From contig OZ242040.1 of NCBI GenBank assembly GCA_965205095.1, positions 455,787 to 519,786 on the forward strand: DNA of 64,000 nt, in the 5' to 3' direction. This stretch comes from Candidatus Multivorans sp. (GTDB lineage: Bacteria > Acidobacteriota > Thermoanaerobaculia > Multivoradales > Multivoraceae). Shown here in pieces: positions 29,920-39,428 of this stretch (positions are counted from its first letter, which is position 1; each line of letters begins with the position of its first letter). The position numbers and the translations under genes were made by a program. The notes beneath the pieces are model-generated. The model made no database searches. It saw only the letters and a program-made list of their open reading frames with translations, and was not told the DNA's origin.

Positions 29920-29990
29920 CACTGGGTGCACCGGCGCCCCCGCCGGCTGTAGCCGCGGGTCTTCTGACCGGCGGAACAAGACTGACGCGA
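29920..29990. repeat. REP/BIME-like repeat copy (CACTGGGTGCACCGGCGCC...GCGGGTCTTCTGACC)
   Basis: Shares modules with the 19.6-kb, 48.7-kb and 49.8-kb copies. Confidence 0.5.
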
Positions 29991-30028
29991 AGCGGCGAGT
30001 CCGAGCCAATCCCATTCAGGAGAATCCC

Positions 30029-31414
30029 TTGTCGAAGAGCCTCGAGTACCTCCTCACCGCCACCTTGGCAGCGGCGCCTGTGGCTGCCGCCGACTCGAAC
30101 GAAGCCAACGACTGGCCCGGCTTCCGCGGCGCCGACGGCAGCGGCATTGCCCGTTCCGGTCCCGGCCCGGCGGCCGACCTCGACCTCGACCGCAACCTGC
30201 TCTGGAAGGCGAAGATCGAGGGCCGCGGCCACTCCTCGCCCGTGATTTCAAACGGCAAGGTGTTCCTGTCCACGGCGATCGTCGGCGACGTGATCCCCGG
30301 CGCCGGCCCGCCCGAGCACACCTTCGCGGGCCAACCCTTCACGCATCCCCTGTCCGTCGACGGCAACCGCCATCACACGATGAAGGTGATCGCCCTGGAC
30401 GCCGACCACGGCGACCTGCTCTGGTCCCACACGGCCTACGCGGGCCGCGTCTACGACGACCGCCACTCCGAATCGTCCTACGCCTCGCCCACGCCGGTCA
30501 CCGACGGCGAACGGGTCTACGCCTACTTCGGTTCCGAGGGCGTCTACGCCTACACCGTCGACGGGGAGCCGGTCTGGGAGCGCGACATCGGCGACATCAA
30601 GACGGTCGGCCTCGGCGTCGGCACGTCGCCGGTGCTCCACGACGGCCTGCTGATCATTCTGGCCGACGAGGACAGCGGCGACGACTCCTTCATCGTCGCG
30701 CTCGACGCGGCGACCGGCGAAGAGGTCTGGAAGCGCGACCGGCCGGTGCAGGCGAGCTGGGCGACGCCCGTCCTCGCCGAACACGATGGCCAGCAGCAAC
30801 TGCTCACAAGCGGCAACGAACTGGTCATCGCCTACGACCCGGCGGACGGCAGCGAGCTCTGGCGCGCGAAAGGCCTGGAGAACAACGCGATTCACATCCC
30901 GATGATCGTTGACGATCTGGCCGTCTTCACTTCCGGCTACCCGGCCAAGATCTCGTTCGCGATCCGGCTCGACAGCCGCGGCGACCTGACCGGCAGCGAC
31001 GACGCGCGGGTCTGGACCTACCGCAAGGGCACCGGCTACGTGCCCTCGAACCTGCTCTACGACGGCCTCCTCTACCTGACGAACGACGGCGGCGTGATCA
31101 CCTGTCTCGACGCGCGCACCGGCGAAGTCGTCTACGAGGGCGGCCGGCTGCCGATCCGCGGCCGCTACTCAGCCTCCATGGTCGGCGGCGGCGGCCGCAT
31201 CCTGATGGTCAACACCGACGGCGACGCGGCGCTCTTCCGCGCCGGAAGCGAGCACGAAGTGCTGGGCAGTTTCTCGGTCGGCGAGTCGGTCTGGGCGACT
31301 CCCGCCATCGCCGGGGACCGGCTCTACATCCGTGGACGGGAGCACCTGTTCGCGTTCGGACCGGCCGCTGGAGAGAGCGACACGGCAACGGAGAGCGGCA
31401 GCGGCGCACCATGA
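30029..31414 (+). CDS. PQQ-like beta-propeller repeat protein (BamB-like), secreted
   Basis: Signal peptide; WPGFRGADGSG start of a PQQ/BamB-type propeller; repeated 'G.VY....DG.L.A.D..TGE..W' blades. Confidence 0.7.
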   Translation: MSKSLEYLLTATLAAAPVAAADSNEANDWPGFRGADGSGIARSGPGPAADLDLDRNLLWKAKIEGRGHSSPVISNGKVFLSTAIVGDVIPGAGPPEHTFAGQPFTHPLSVDGNRHHTMKVIALDADHGDLLWSHTAYAGRVYDDRHSESSYASPTPVTDGERVYAYFGSEGVYAYTVDGEPVWERDIGDIKTVGLGVGTSPVLHDGLLIILADEDSGDDSFIVALDAATGEEVWKRDRPVQASWATPVLAEHDGQQQLLTSGNELVIAYDPADGSELWRAKGLENNAIHIPMIVDDLAVFTSGYPAKISFAIRLDSRGDLTGSDDARVWTYRKGTGYVPSNLLYDGLLYLTNDGGVITCLDARTGEVVYEGGRLPIRGRYSASMVGGGGRILMVNTDGDAALFRAGSEHEVLGSFSVGESVWATPAIAGDRLYIRGREHLFAFGPAAGESDTATESGSGAP

Positions 31415-31428
31415 TCTGACGGCGCGAT

Positions 31429-33618
31429 GTGAGCCCCGCACATCCCAGCACGGAGCCACGGTCGACGAGAAGCGCCGGGCGCGTCGCGGTCCTCCTGCCC
31501 TGCCTCAACGAGGAGGCGACGATCGGCAGCGTCGTGGGGCAGTTTCAGACGGCCCTGCCCGAGGCCTCCATCTACGTCTGCGACAACGGTTCGGAGGACG
31601 GCACCGCCGCAGCCGCCCGCAGGGCCGGCGCCGAGGTCATCCTCGAGGAACGGCGCGGCAAGGGCCTGGCCGTCCGCCGCCTGTTCCAGGAAGTCGACGC
31701 CGATGTCTACCTGATCGCCGACGGCGACGGCACCTACCACGCCGCCAGCGCCGAGCGTCTCGTTTCCACGCTGGCCGGCCGCTACCTGGACATGGTCGTG
31801 GCGGTTCGCCGGAGCACGGAGCCCGGCGCCTACACGCCGATCCGCCGCCTCGGCAACCGCCTCTTCAGCCTGCTCGCCCGGTGGCGCTGCCACCGAACCG
31901 TCCGGGACCTGCTCTCCGGTTACCGCGCCTTCTCCCGCCGGTACGTCGACGCCTTCCCGGCCCGCTCGGACGGCTTCGAGGTCGAGACGGAGATGACCCT
32001 GTTCGCCGCGTCGGCGGGAATGGCCTGGGACGAGATCGAATGCCCGTACTTCGCGCGCCCGCCAGGGTCGCGAAGCAAACTGCACGCCTTCCGGGATGGA
32101 TTCCGGATCCTCCGAACACTGCTCTGGTCGCCGGCCGCGGCCGCGGGTGAGCAGCGCCTCGGCGCGTTGCGAGCCGCCGTCCTGGTGGCCACCGTAACGG
32201 TCGTCGCCACGGCCTCCTTCCTCGGCCTCAACTGGCTCGCGGCCAACGCCGATCCGGAGCCCGTTGCCGACGCTCTCCGGGCCTCGTACGAGCACCCGGA
32301 ACGCACGCTCAGGGACTCCGCCGAGCGCTTCAACGACTGCCTGCTGAGCCTGATGGCGCTCGACCGCGGCGGCACGACCGTCGAACGCACCGTCTCGCCC
32401 CGGCGCGTGTACCGCTACACCCGGCCCCAGCGCCCCTGCGACGCCCTCGAGCAGCGCCTCAGCCAGGGCGCCGTCGACGACTCCGACTACCTGACCGTCT
32501 TCTACCACCAGTACTGGGCCGGCCAGCGGGTGATGCTGCAGTGGCTGCTGCCGCCGCTCGGCGTCGACGGCCTGAGGCGGACGTTGCGGTTGCTGACGTT
32601 CGGCCTGCTCGGGCTCGGGTTCTTCGGTGCGTTGGGACGCATCGTCCTTCTCTTCATCGGCCGCGAGCCCGAAAGCAAGGCGGGCGGAGGCCGGCCGGAA
32701 GGCCGGCGCACCGACAGGGCGGCGCCGCGCCAGAGCGCCGGCAACTCGAGGCGCTGGCGCGAACACTTCTTCCAGGCGATGGCCCTCGCCGCTCTCTTCC
32801 TCTGCCTGTTCCTGTTCCTCGACCTCGACCGTCGCGCGGAGAGCTTCACAACCGGCGCCTCCAACATCCTGACGCTCGCCCTGCTCGTCGCGGTGCCGGC
32901 GTTCGGGATCGCCAACTGGAAGCCGGGACGCCAGGTCCTCCTCTTCGCCGGTTTCGGGGCCGCGATCGCCTACCACGAACTCCTCTTCGGCAGCGCCCTG
33001 ATCGGCCTGGCCTGCGTGCTCCTCGCCCTCGCCACGTCGCCGCCCCCGACCCACGCCACGGTCGCGGTCGCCCGGAGCTGGTGGCCCGCTCTCTTCCTGC
33101 GCTGCGGCGGCGCCTACGTCGGTTGCCTCAGCGCCGTCTTCCTGCTCCGCGTCGTCATCGCCGAGTTCGTGTTCAGGGAACCCGTGCTGTTCAAGTTCTG
33201 GGACCAGCTCACGCACCGGCTCTACGGAGCGCCCCGTAGCTCGATCCACCCGGACATCGACCCCTTCTACGCCTCCCGGCCGACCATGGAGAGGTTCCTC
33301 GAACGGCTCGGGAACAACCTGGGCACGGTCGGCTTCGGCTCAACCGCGGTCGCCCTCATCCTGATCGCCGGCACCGCACTGACCCTGATCGCCGCGACCG
33401 TCTTCGTCCTGAAACAGCGACGTTCCCTGGAAGAGCCCTGGCGCTGGCTCGGCGTTCTCGCCGCCGGCTGGTCCGTTCCCGCGTGGTACGTCGTCCTCTC
33501 TGCCCACGCGATGGCGCACGTCCCGGTGGCGATCCGCCTGCTGGCGCTGCCCTACGCGGCGGTGGCGGTGCTCATCGTGGGCGTTGCGGTGTTCGGCCGG
33601 CGGACGGAGGTTGTGTGA
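31429..33618 (+). CDS. family-2 glycosyltransferase fused to a large polytopic membrane domain
   Basis: The N-terminal GT2 domain (VAVLLPCLNEE..VCDNGSEDGT..ADGDGT) is followed by more than 10 predicted TM helices. A hydrophilic loop at aa 419-435 is encoded by a REP-like module. Confidence 0.65.
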   Translation: MSPAHPSTEPRSTRSAGRVAVLLPCLNEEATIGSVVGQFQTALPEASIYVCDNGSEDGTAAAARRAGAEVILEERRGKGLAVRRLFQEVDADVYLIADGDGTYHAASAERLVSTLAGRYLDMVVAVRRSTEPGAYTPIRRLGNRLFSLLARWRCHRTVRDLLSGYRAFSRRYVDAFPARSDGFEVETEMTLFAASAGMAWDEIECPYFARPPGSRSKLHAFRDGFRILRTLLWSPAAAAGEQRLGALRAAVLVATVTVVATASFLGLNWLAANADPEPVADALRASYEHPERTLRDSAERFNDCLLSLMALDRGGTTVERTVSPRRVYRYTRPQRPCDALEQRLSQGAVDDSDYLTVFYHQYWAGQRVMLQWLLPPLGVDGLRRTLRLLTFGLLGLGFFGALGRIVLLFIGREPESKAGGGRPEGRRTDRAAPRQSAGNSRRWREHFFQAMALAALFLCLFLFLDLDRRAESFTTGASNILTLALLVAVPAFGIANWKPGRQVLLFAGFGAAIAYHELLFGSALIGLACVLLALATSPPPTHATVAVARSWWPALFLRCGGAYVGCLSAVFLLRVVIAEFVFREPVLFKFWDQLTHRLYGAPRSSIHPDIDPFYASRPTMERFLERLGNNLGTVGFGSTAVALILIAGTALTLIAATVFVLKQRRSLEEPWRWLGVLAAGWSVPAWYVVLSAHAMAHVPVAIRLLALPYAAVAVLIVGVAVFGRRTEVV

Positions 33619-33764
33619 AATCTCGGAGCCAGGACCTTGAAATCTCGGAGCTACTCATCATGAGATTGCGGACTGGAGATTCAGAAATCTCGGAGCTAGT
33701 GATCTTGAAATCTCGGAGTACATTACCCGGAAATTTCGGAGTACACTAACCGGAAATCTCGGAG
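33617..33764. repeat. array of 6 direct repeats GAAATCTCGGAG (last four at exact 23-bp spacing) filling the intergenic region upstream of the DUF4143 ATPase
   Basis: Copies start at 33617, 33649, 33684, 33707, 33730 (GAAATtTCGGAG) and 33753. Confidence 0.75.
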
Positions 33765-33795
33765 TGCAACTGAGACTTCGGTTAGAGTCATCGAG

Positions 33796-34950
33796 ATGAT
33801 CGACCGGACCGAGTACCTCAGGCGAATGGCGACCGCCACGAAGCGATCGCCGGTCACGTCTCTGCTTGGACCGCGCCAGTGCGGCAAGACCACCCTGGCC
33901 CACAAGTTCGCTGCGACCCGCGCGGCAACCCTGTTCGACCTGGGATCGGAGGCGGACGTCCGGCGGCTCAGCAACCCCGAGCTGGTCCTGGGCGAGCTCG
34001 AAGGACTCGTCGTCCTGGACGAGATCCAGATCATGCCCCGCCTCTTCCGCGTCCTCCGCGTCCTTGCCGACCGGCCGGACTCCCACACGCGTTTCCTGAT
34101 CCTCGGCAGTGCGTCCCCGGAGATCGTGGGCGGCGCCGCGGAGTCGCTGGCCGGCCGGGTCGAGTTCATCGACATGACCGGCTTCGACCTGGCCGAGACC
34201 GGCGCAGCCGATCTGCGGAAACTCTGGCGGCGCGGCGGCTTTCCCCGCTCCTACCTTGCCTCTTCCGAAGCCGACAGCTCGCGTTGGCGCAGCGGGTTCC
34301 TCCGGACCTTCCTGCAAAGGGATCTCCCACAACTCGGTATCGCGATTCCTCCCGCAGCAATGCGGCGCTTCTGGACCACCCTGGCGCACTACCACGGCCA
34401 GATCTGGAACGCGGCCAAACTCGGCCGATCGATCGGCGTCTCGGACAAGACGGCTCGCCACTACCTCGACCTGCTGACCGGCGCCTTCATGGTCCGCCAA
34501 CTCCAGCCCTGGTTCGAGAACACGGCCAAGCGCCAGGTCAAGGCGCCCAAGACCTACATCCGCGACACCGGCCTCCTGCATTCGCTACTCGGCATCGGCA
34601 AGGACCAAGAACTCCTGGGTCACGCCCGCGTCGGCGCGTCCTGGGAGGGCTTCGCCATCGAGCAGGTCTTGAGCGCCCTCGGCCAACCCGATGCCTGGTT
34701 CTGGGCCACCCACGGCGGCGGCGAACTCGACCTGATGGTCCTTGCGCGCGGCCTCCGCATCGGCTTTGAAATGAAATTCAGCGAGGCGCCCAAGGTCACC
34801 ACGTCGATACGCAACGCAGCCGAAACGCTGGCGCTCGACCACCTCTTCGTCGTCTGCCCCACGCGGCACACCTACCCGGTGACCGAGAAGATCACTGTGC
34901 TGTCGGCAGGCGACATTCCCGGCTTGCGCGACCGGGTCGAGGCTCTGTAA
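33796..34950 (+). CDS. AAA+ ATPase with C-terminal DUF4143 (COG1373-type)
   Basis: Walker A LLGPRQCGKTTLA, Walker B VVLDEIQ, and a conserved DUF4143 region (...KTYIRDTGLLHSLLGI...). Confidence 0.75.
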   Translation: MIDRTEYLRRMATATKRSPVTSLLGPRQCGKTTLAHKFAATRAATLFDLGSEADVRRLSNPELVLGELEGLVVLDEIQIMPRLFRVLRVLADRPDSHTRFLILGSASPEIVGGAAESLAGRVEFIDMTGFDLAETGAADLRKLWRRGGFPRSYLASSEADSSRWRSGFLRTFLQRDLPQLGIAIPPAAMRRFWTTLAHYHGQIWNAAKLGRSIGVSDKTARHYLDLLTGAFMVRQLQPWFENTAKRQVKAPKTYIRDTGLLHSLLGIGKDQELLGHARVGASWEGFAIEQVLSALGQPDAWFWATHGGGELDLMVLARGLRIGFEMKFSEAPKVTTSIRNAAETLALDHLFVVCPTRHTYPVTEKITVLSAGDIPGLRDRVEAL

Positions 34951-35035
34951 CAAGGCACCTGCTGCACACCGACTTCCCCAAAGAGCAACGCGGCCACCTT
35001 GCGGGCTAGAATCGCGCCGATCTGCAGATCAGCCG

Positions 35036-35126
35036 ATGACTCGACCAACCGAAGTCAAACCGCGCAACGGATTCAAGCTCTGGCTCCGCTTCTCTGACGG
35101 TGCCGAGGGTGTCGTTGACCTCTCTA
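35036..35126 (+). pseudogene. DUF2442 N-terminal fragment (about 30 aa, truncated)
   Basis: MTRPTEVKPRNGFKLWLRFSDGAEGVVDLS matches the conserved DUF2442 N-terminus. The family similarity ends where the convergent gene begins. Confidence 0.45.
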
Positions 35127-35519
35127 CCCCTCAGCGGGCGATTCGTCTTCGTAGAGCGCAGGATCCGGGTCGACCTCCACCATCTTGCCGTTCTCCACGA
35201 CGAGAACCGTCGTGCCGTGCCGGTGGGCGTCTCTGTGCGCGCGGCGGACAGCGCGCTCCATCGCGGCAGGAACCGCCTGCATGTCCGGATCGTCGAGCTT
35301 GGATACGGGAAGCTGCTCTTTCTCCGGCCTCACGGGTTTATGCCCTCCTCGACCAAGATCAGTCGACGACCTCGCCGGTCGACGACCTGCCAGGAGTCTA
35401 CGAGATCCCGGTAGACGTTCCGGAAGTTCGCGACGCTTCTGTCGAAGCGCCGTCGCGAAGGTGGTCTTCCCGGCTCCGTTCGGCCCGGCGATCATGATGA
35501 TCTTGCGCTGGGCTGGCAT
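35124..35519 (-). CDS. small P-loop NTPase (zeta-toxin / COG4185-like Walker A); possibly degraded
   Basis: N-terminal KIIMIAGPNGAGKTTFATAL Walker A. The middle of the ORF is low-complexity and Arg-rich, which suggests decay or frameshift. Confidence 0.4.
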   Translation of the reverse strand: MPAQRKIIMIAGPNGAGKTTFATALRQKRRELPERLPGSRRLLAGRRPARSSTDLGRGGHKPVRPEKEQLPVSKLDDPDMQAVPAAMERAVRRAHRDAHRHGTTVLVVENGKMVEVDPDPALYEDESPAEG

Positions 35520-35597
35520 GGCGGGAATCTACAGCGAGGCACGCTCTGGTCCCTGGCCGAGCTGGGCTTCTTCGCTCCTACGCTTGAAGATCCGGCG

Positions 35598-38312
35598 GTG
35601 ACCGCCGAGACTTCAAGCATGATGGCCCGCTCTGCCGCGACTGGTAACTTGGCTTCCATGCCACGAGACCGACGCGCGTTCGCTCTGCTGAGCGGTCTCG
35701 CGCTGCTTCTCCTTTCAGCCGGCGCCACGCTCGCCCAGACGCCCTCCCAACCCAACATCATCGTCATCCTCGCCGACGACCTCGGCGTCGAGACCCTGGG
35801 CGTCTACGGCGGCACGTCCTACGAAACGCCCGAGCTGGACCGGATCGCCGCGGAGGGGATCCGGTTCGAGAACGGGCACTCGCAGCCGTTGTGCACGCCG
35901 ACCCGGGTCAAGCTGATGACGGGGCTGCACAACTACCGGAACTACCGGGAGTTCATGGAACTCGACCCGGCGGACGTCACGTTCGCCCACGTGCTGGCGC
36001 AGGCGGGGTACCGGACGGTCATCTCGGGCAAGTGGCAGTTGACGAACAACCTCTACGTGGTTCACGAGGGCGCCTCGCCGCAGCAGGCGGGGTTTGACGA
36101 GCACCGGCTGTGGCAGGTCCGCCGGGAAGGGCGCGGCTCACGCTACTGGGGGCCGACCCTGGTGACGAACGACCGGAAGGAGACCTGGGGCGAGGACGCC
36201 TTCGGGCCGGATCTGACGAACGACTTCGTGCTCGACGCGATCGACGAGCACGCGGCGGCGGATCCCGCGAGCCGCGAGCCGCTCTTCATCTACTACCCGA
36301 TGGCGCTGCCTCACGACCCGTTCGTGACGACGCCGCACGACCCGAACGCCGAGTCGAACCAGGAGCGGTTCGCGGCGATGGTGGCCTACATGGACCACCT
36401 GGTGGGCCGGGTGCGAGCGAAGCTCGTCGAGCACGAGCTGGACCGAGACACGCTGCTCCTGTTCATCGGCGACAACGGCACCTCGACCCGGATCACGTCG
36501 GTCCGCGACGGCCGGGAGGTCCCGGGCGGCAAGGGGCGTTCGCTCCAGACCGGCAGCCACGTGCCCTACCTCGCCTGGTGGCCGGGCACGATTCCGGCCG
36601 GGCAGGTGAACGAGACCCTGGTCGACGTCGGCGACGTGTTTCCGACGCTGATCGAAGCGGCCGGCGCCGGCCTGCCGCCGGGCCTCGACCTGGACGGCGA
36701 GAGCCTGCTGCCGATGCTCAAGGGCGGACCCGCCCTCGACCGCGATGCCCTGTTCATCCACTACGAATCGCGCTGGTACGCGGGTCCTCCGGCGCGCTAT
36801 GCCTTCGACGAGCGCTTCAAGCGCTACGACAACGGCCGGCTGTTCGACCTTCTAGCCGACCCGAACGAGCAGTCGCCGCTCGACGCCGCGAGCCTCGCGC
36901 CGGAAGACGCCGCCCGCGTAGAGGCGATCGACACCCTGCTCGCCTCCAAGCCAGGAGCGATCCGCACCGCCGGCGCCTGGCGGCCGCCCACACCCGGCGT
37001 CAACCGCTGGACGCCGCCCGCCCACCGGCCGAACATCCTGCTCTTCATCGCCGACGACATGACGTACAGCGACGCCGGCGCCCTGGGCAATCCCCAGGTC
37101 CACACCCCGAACCTCGATCGCCTGGCCGAGCAGGGGACCACCTTCACGCACATGTACACGGCGACGGCCATGTGCTCGCCGACCCGGCACATGCTCTACA
37201 CCGGCCAGTACCCGGTGCGAAGCGGCGCCTACCCGAACCACGCCAAGGCCAACGAGGGCACGAAGAGCGTCGTCCACTACCTGCGCGGCCTCGGCTACCG
37301 GGTCGGCCTGGCCGGCAAGTCGCACGTGGCGCCGCAGGAGGTCTACCCCTTCGAGAAGGTGGCGGGCCGCGACCTGGACCCGGGCCGGATCGGCGAGTTC
37401 ATCGGCCGCGACGCGGAGCAGCCGTTCGCGCTGATCGTCGCCTCGACCGAGCCCCACCAGCCCTGGAGCAAGGGCGATCCGTCGCGCTACGACGCGGCGT
37501 CGCTCAAGTTGCCTCCCTACTTCGTCGACACGCCGGAAACCCGCGAGGCCCTGACCCGCTACTACGCCGAGATCACCTTCATGGACGGCCAGCTCGGCCA
37601 GGTCCTCGAACAGCTCCGGGAGCACGCCGCGCACGAGAACACCCTGACCATGTTCTACAGCGAGCAGGGGATCAGCGGCCCGCTCGCCAAGTGGACGCTC
37701 TACGAGGCGGGCATCCGCACCTCGCTCGTGGCCCGCTGGTCCCGCCGGATTCCGGCCGGCGAGACGTCAGCCGCGCTGCTCCAGATCAACGACCTGCTGC
37801 CGACCTGGATCGACGCCGCCGGCGGCGCCGTGCCGCCCGAGATCGAGGGCGAGAGCATGCTCGACCTGCTCCTCGAGCCGGGCCCAAAGCACCGCGACGT
37901 CGTCTACGGCATCCAGACCACGACCGGCATCATCGCCAACCTGGAGCCCTACCCCATCCGCTCGATCCGCGATGAGCGTTACAAGCTGATCTGGAACATC
38001 GCCCACGAGAACCGGTTCACGAACCTCGTGACAGAGGAGAACCGCGACGGCTTCTACTTCTCGTGGCGGGACGCGGGCGAAACGGATCCGGCGGCCCAGG
38101 CGCTCTACGAGCGCTACCAGCACCGGCCGGAGTTCGAGTTCTTCGATCTGGAGGCGGATCCGCACGAGATGACGAACCTGGCGGACACACCGCAGCACCA
38201 GGAGCGGATCGCCTCGCTGCACAAGCAGTTGCGCGCATGGATGGAAGATCAGGGCGATCTCGGGCTGGAAACCGAGATCGAAGCCCCGGAGCACCAGTCG
38301 CGGCCGCGCTAG
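35598..38312 (+). CDS. tandem double-sulfatase (two complete sulfatase domains in one polypeptide), secreted
   Basis: Signal peptide. Domain 1 has IIVILADDLG and CTPTR; domain 2 has ILLFIADDMTY and CSPTR. Both carry the C-x-P-x-R formylglycine motif. The start may be Met at 35658. Confidence 0.75.
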   Translation: MTAETSSMMARSAATGNLASMPRDRRAFALLSGLALLLLSAGATLAQTPSQPNIIVILADDLGVETLGVYGGTSYETPELDRIAAEGIRFENGHSQPLCTPTRVKLMTGLHNYRNYREFMELDPADVTFAHVLAQAGYRTVISGKWQLTNNLYVVHEGASPQQAGFDEHRLWQVRREGRGSRYWGPTLVTNDRKETWGEDAFGPDLTNDFVLDAIDEHAAADPASREPLFIYYPMALPHDPFVTTPHDPNAESNQERFAAMVAYMDHLVGRVRAKLVEHELDRDTLLLFIGDNGTSTRITSVRDGREVPGGKGRSLQTGSHVPYLAWWPGTIPAGQVNETLVDVGDVFPTLIEAAGAGLPPGLDLDGESLLPMLKGGPALDRDALFIHYESRWYAGPPARYAFDERFKRYDNGRLFDLLADPNEQSPLDAASLAPEDAARVEAIDTLLASKPGAIRTAGAWRPPTPGVNRWTPPAHRPNILLFIADDMTYSDAGALGNPQVHTPNLDRLAEQGTTFTHMYTATAMCSPTRHMLYTGQYPVRSGAYPNHAKANEGTKSVVHYLRGLGYRVGLAGKSHVAPQEVYPFEKVAGRDLDPGRIGEFIGRDAEQPFALIVASTEPHQPWSKGDPSRYDAASLKLPPYFVDTPETREALTRYYAEITFMDGQLGQVLEQLREHAAHENTLTMFYSEQGISGPLAKWTLYEAGIRTSLVARWSRRIPAGETSAALLQINDLLPTWIDAAGGAVPPEIEGESMLDLLLEPGPKHRDVVYGIQTTTGIIANLEPYPIRSIRDERYKLIWNIAHENRFTNLVTEENRDGFYFSWRDAGETDPAAQALYERYQHRPEFEFFDLEADPHEMTNLADTPQHQERIASLHKQLRAWMEDQGDLGLETEIEAPEHQSRPR

Positions 38313-39298
38313 CAGTCGCCCCCCGCAGGCGGCGGATAGTACGTCTCCCCAACCGTGCGGCCACCGTTGCCGTTCGGTCGCTCCAGTCGACCTGACAGTG
38401 CCTGCCGCGCCAGTTGGTTCGCAGCGATCAGCGAAACGACCGCCAGGCCGCCGATGTAGTCGGCCAGCGCCTTCAGGTCGCCGCCATCGGCCAGTTCCAG
38501 CGCGTTGATGTAAGCCGTCTTCTCCTGCGCCGTGATCACCGGCGGCGGCAACGAGCGCTTCAGGTACGCCCAGGCCATCAGGAGCCGGGACACCCTGCCG
38601 TTGCCGTCCTGAAACGGATGACAGCACACGAAGCGGTGGTGTAGCCAGGCGGCCTCCGCGTTGACGGGATAGCCGCCTGTGCCCACAAGCTCATGCTCGG
38701 CAAAGAAACGGTCCATCTCGGGTTGCACCTGCTCAGGCGGGCAGTACTCGTGAACCCGGCCGTCGGCGCGTCTTGGGTTGTTGGGCTGCATCTTCCACTG
38801 GCCCCTGGTCCTGAACGGAACCGCCACCCGGCGGCCCTCCAGGTCCACACCGGCAACCGTCTCCTGGTGGCGGGTCAACAGTTGATGCCAGCTCTTGACC
38901 ATGTGCTCCGAAAGCGCGCGTCCGCTCGCGACATCTTCGAACACCATGTCGTAGGCGGCTTCCTGGTCCTCGAGCAAGCCGCGGATCGTGTCGTCGCCAA
39001 GCGCCTCGACCGTGTGTGCGCCTGCCACGCCCGCAAAGCCCTCCGCCACCAACTGCTCGGTGACCCCGTGACGCATCGTGTAGAGACCCTCGATCTGCCC
39101 GGTCTCGACAGCGAATGCCCGAACGCGCTCCCGGAGCCAGGCCTGCATGAAGCGCTCCTTGGCGGCATCACGCTTGAGCTCAGCCAGGTGCCGTGCCCAG
39201 GCCGTCTCCTGTTCCACCTGTCCGGGCAACGCCCACGACTCGGCGCCTTCGGGAATTCCCTCAAGGGGCGTCCAGCGCCACGGCTCATCGGCGGTCAT
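38309..39298 (-). CDS. Fic/DOC family protein
   Basis: Canonical Fic motif HPFQDGNGRVSRLL. Confidence 0.85.
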   Translation of the reverse strand: MTADEPWRWTPLEGIPEGAESWALPGQVEQETAWARHLAELKRDAAKERFMQAWLRERVRAFAVETGQIEGLYTMRHGVTEQLVAEGFAGVAGAHTVEALGDDTIRGLLEDQEAAYDMVFEDVASGRALSEHMVKSWHQLLTRHQETVAGVDLEGRRVAVPFRTRGQWKMQPNNPRRADGRVHEYCPPEQVQPEMDRFFAEHELVGTGGYPVNAEAAWLHHRFVCCHPFQDGNGRVSRLLMAWAYLKRSLPPPVITAQEKTAYINALELADGGDLKALADYIGGLAVVSLIAANQLARQALSGRLERPNGNGGRTVGETYYPPPAGGDC

Positions 39299-39299
39299 C

Positions 39300-39410
39300 T
39301 GAACATTCTAGGGCTAGCGGGCGCCGTATCGTCGCCGCTTCGCGACGCGGCTATCTGGCCGCCAGCGCCGGCAGCCGGCCAGAAGGCCGGCGCACCGACA
39401 GTCGGACTGT
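39300..39410. repeat. REP/BIME-like composite repeat (CTAGCGGG..ATCGTCGCCGCTTCGCGACGCG..GCCGGCCAGAAGGCCGGCGCACCGACA)
   Basis: Modules shared with the 19.55-kb, 24.6-kb and 32.7-kb copies. Confidence 0.6.
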
Positions 39411-39428
39411 GAGGCTACGACAGAGCCG

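Noticed and set aside
26555-33249. Very long minus-strand ORFs 26555..28762, 28805..30232, 31324..33249
   Set aside because: They are antisense to the tricorn protease, PQQ and GT2 genes, which have clear domain signatures, and are Arg/Gly/Pro-rich artefacts.
33617-33764. Possibility that the 12-14-bp direct repeat arrays (here and at 56702-56784) are CRISPR arrays
   Set aside because: Repeats are only 12-14 bp with 9-23-bp spacers, there are no cas genes, and the copies are degenerate. This is inconsistent with CRISPR and fits protein-binding iterons better.
36110-37975. ORF 36110..37975 + inside the double sulfatase in another frame
   Set aside because: Frame +1 has the sulfatase motifs. 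This frame gives a Pro/Arg/Gly-rich translation.
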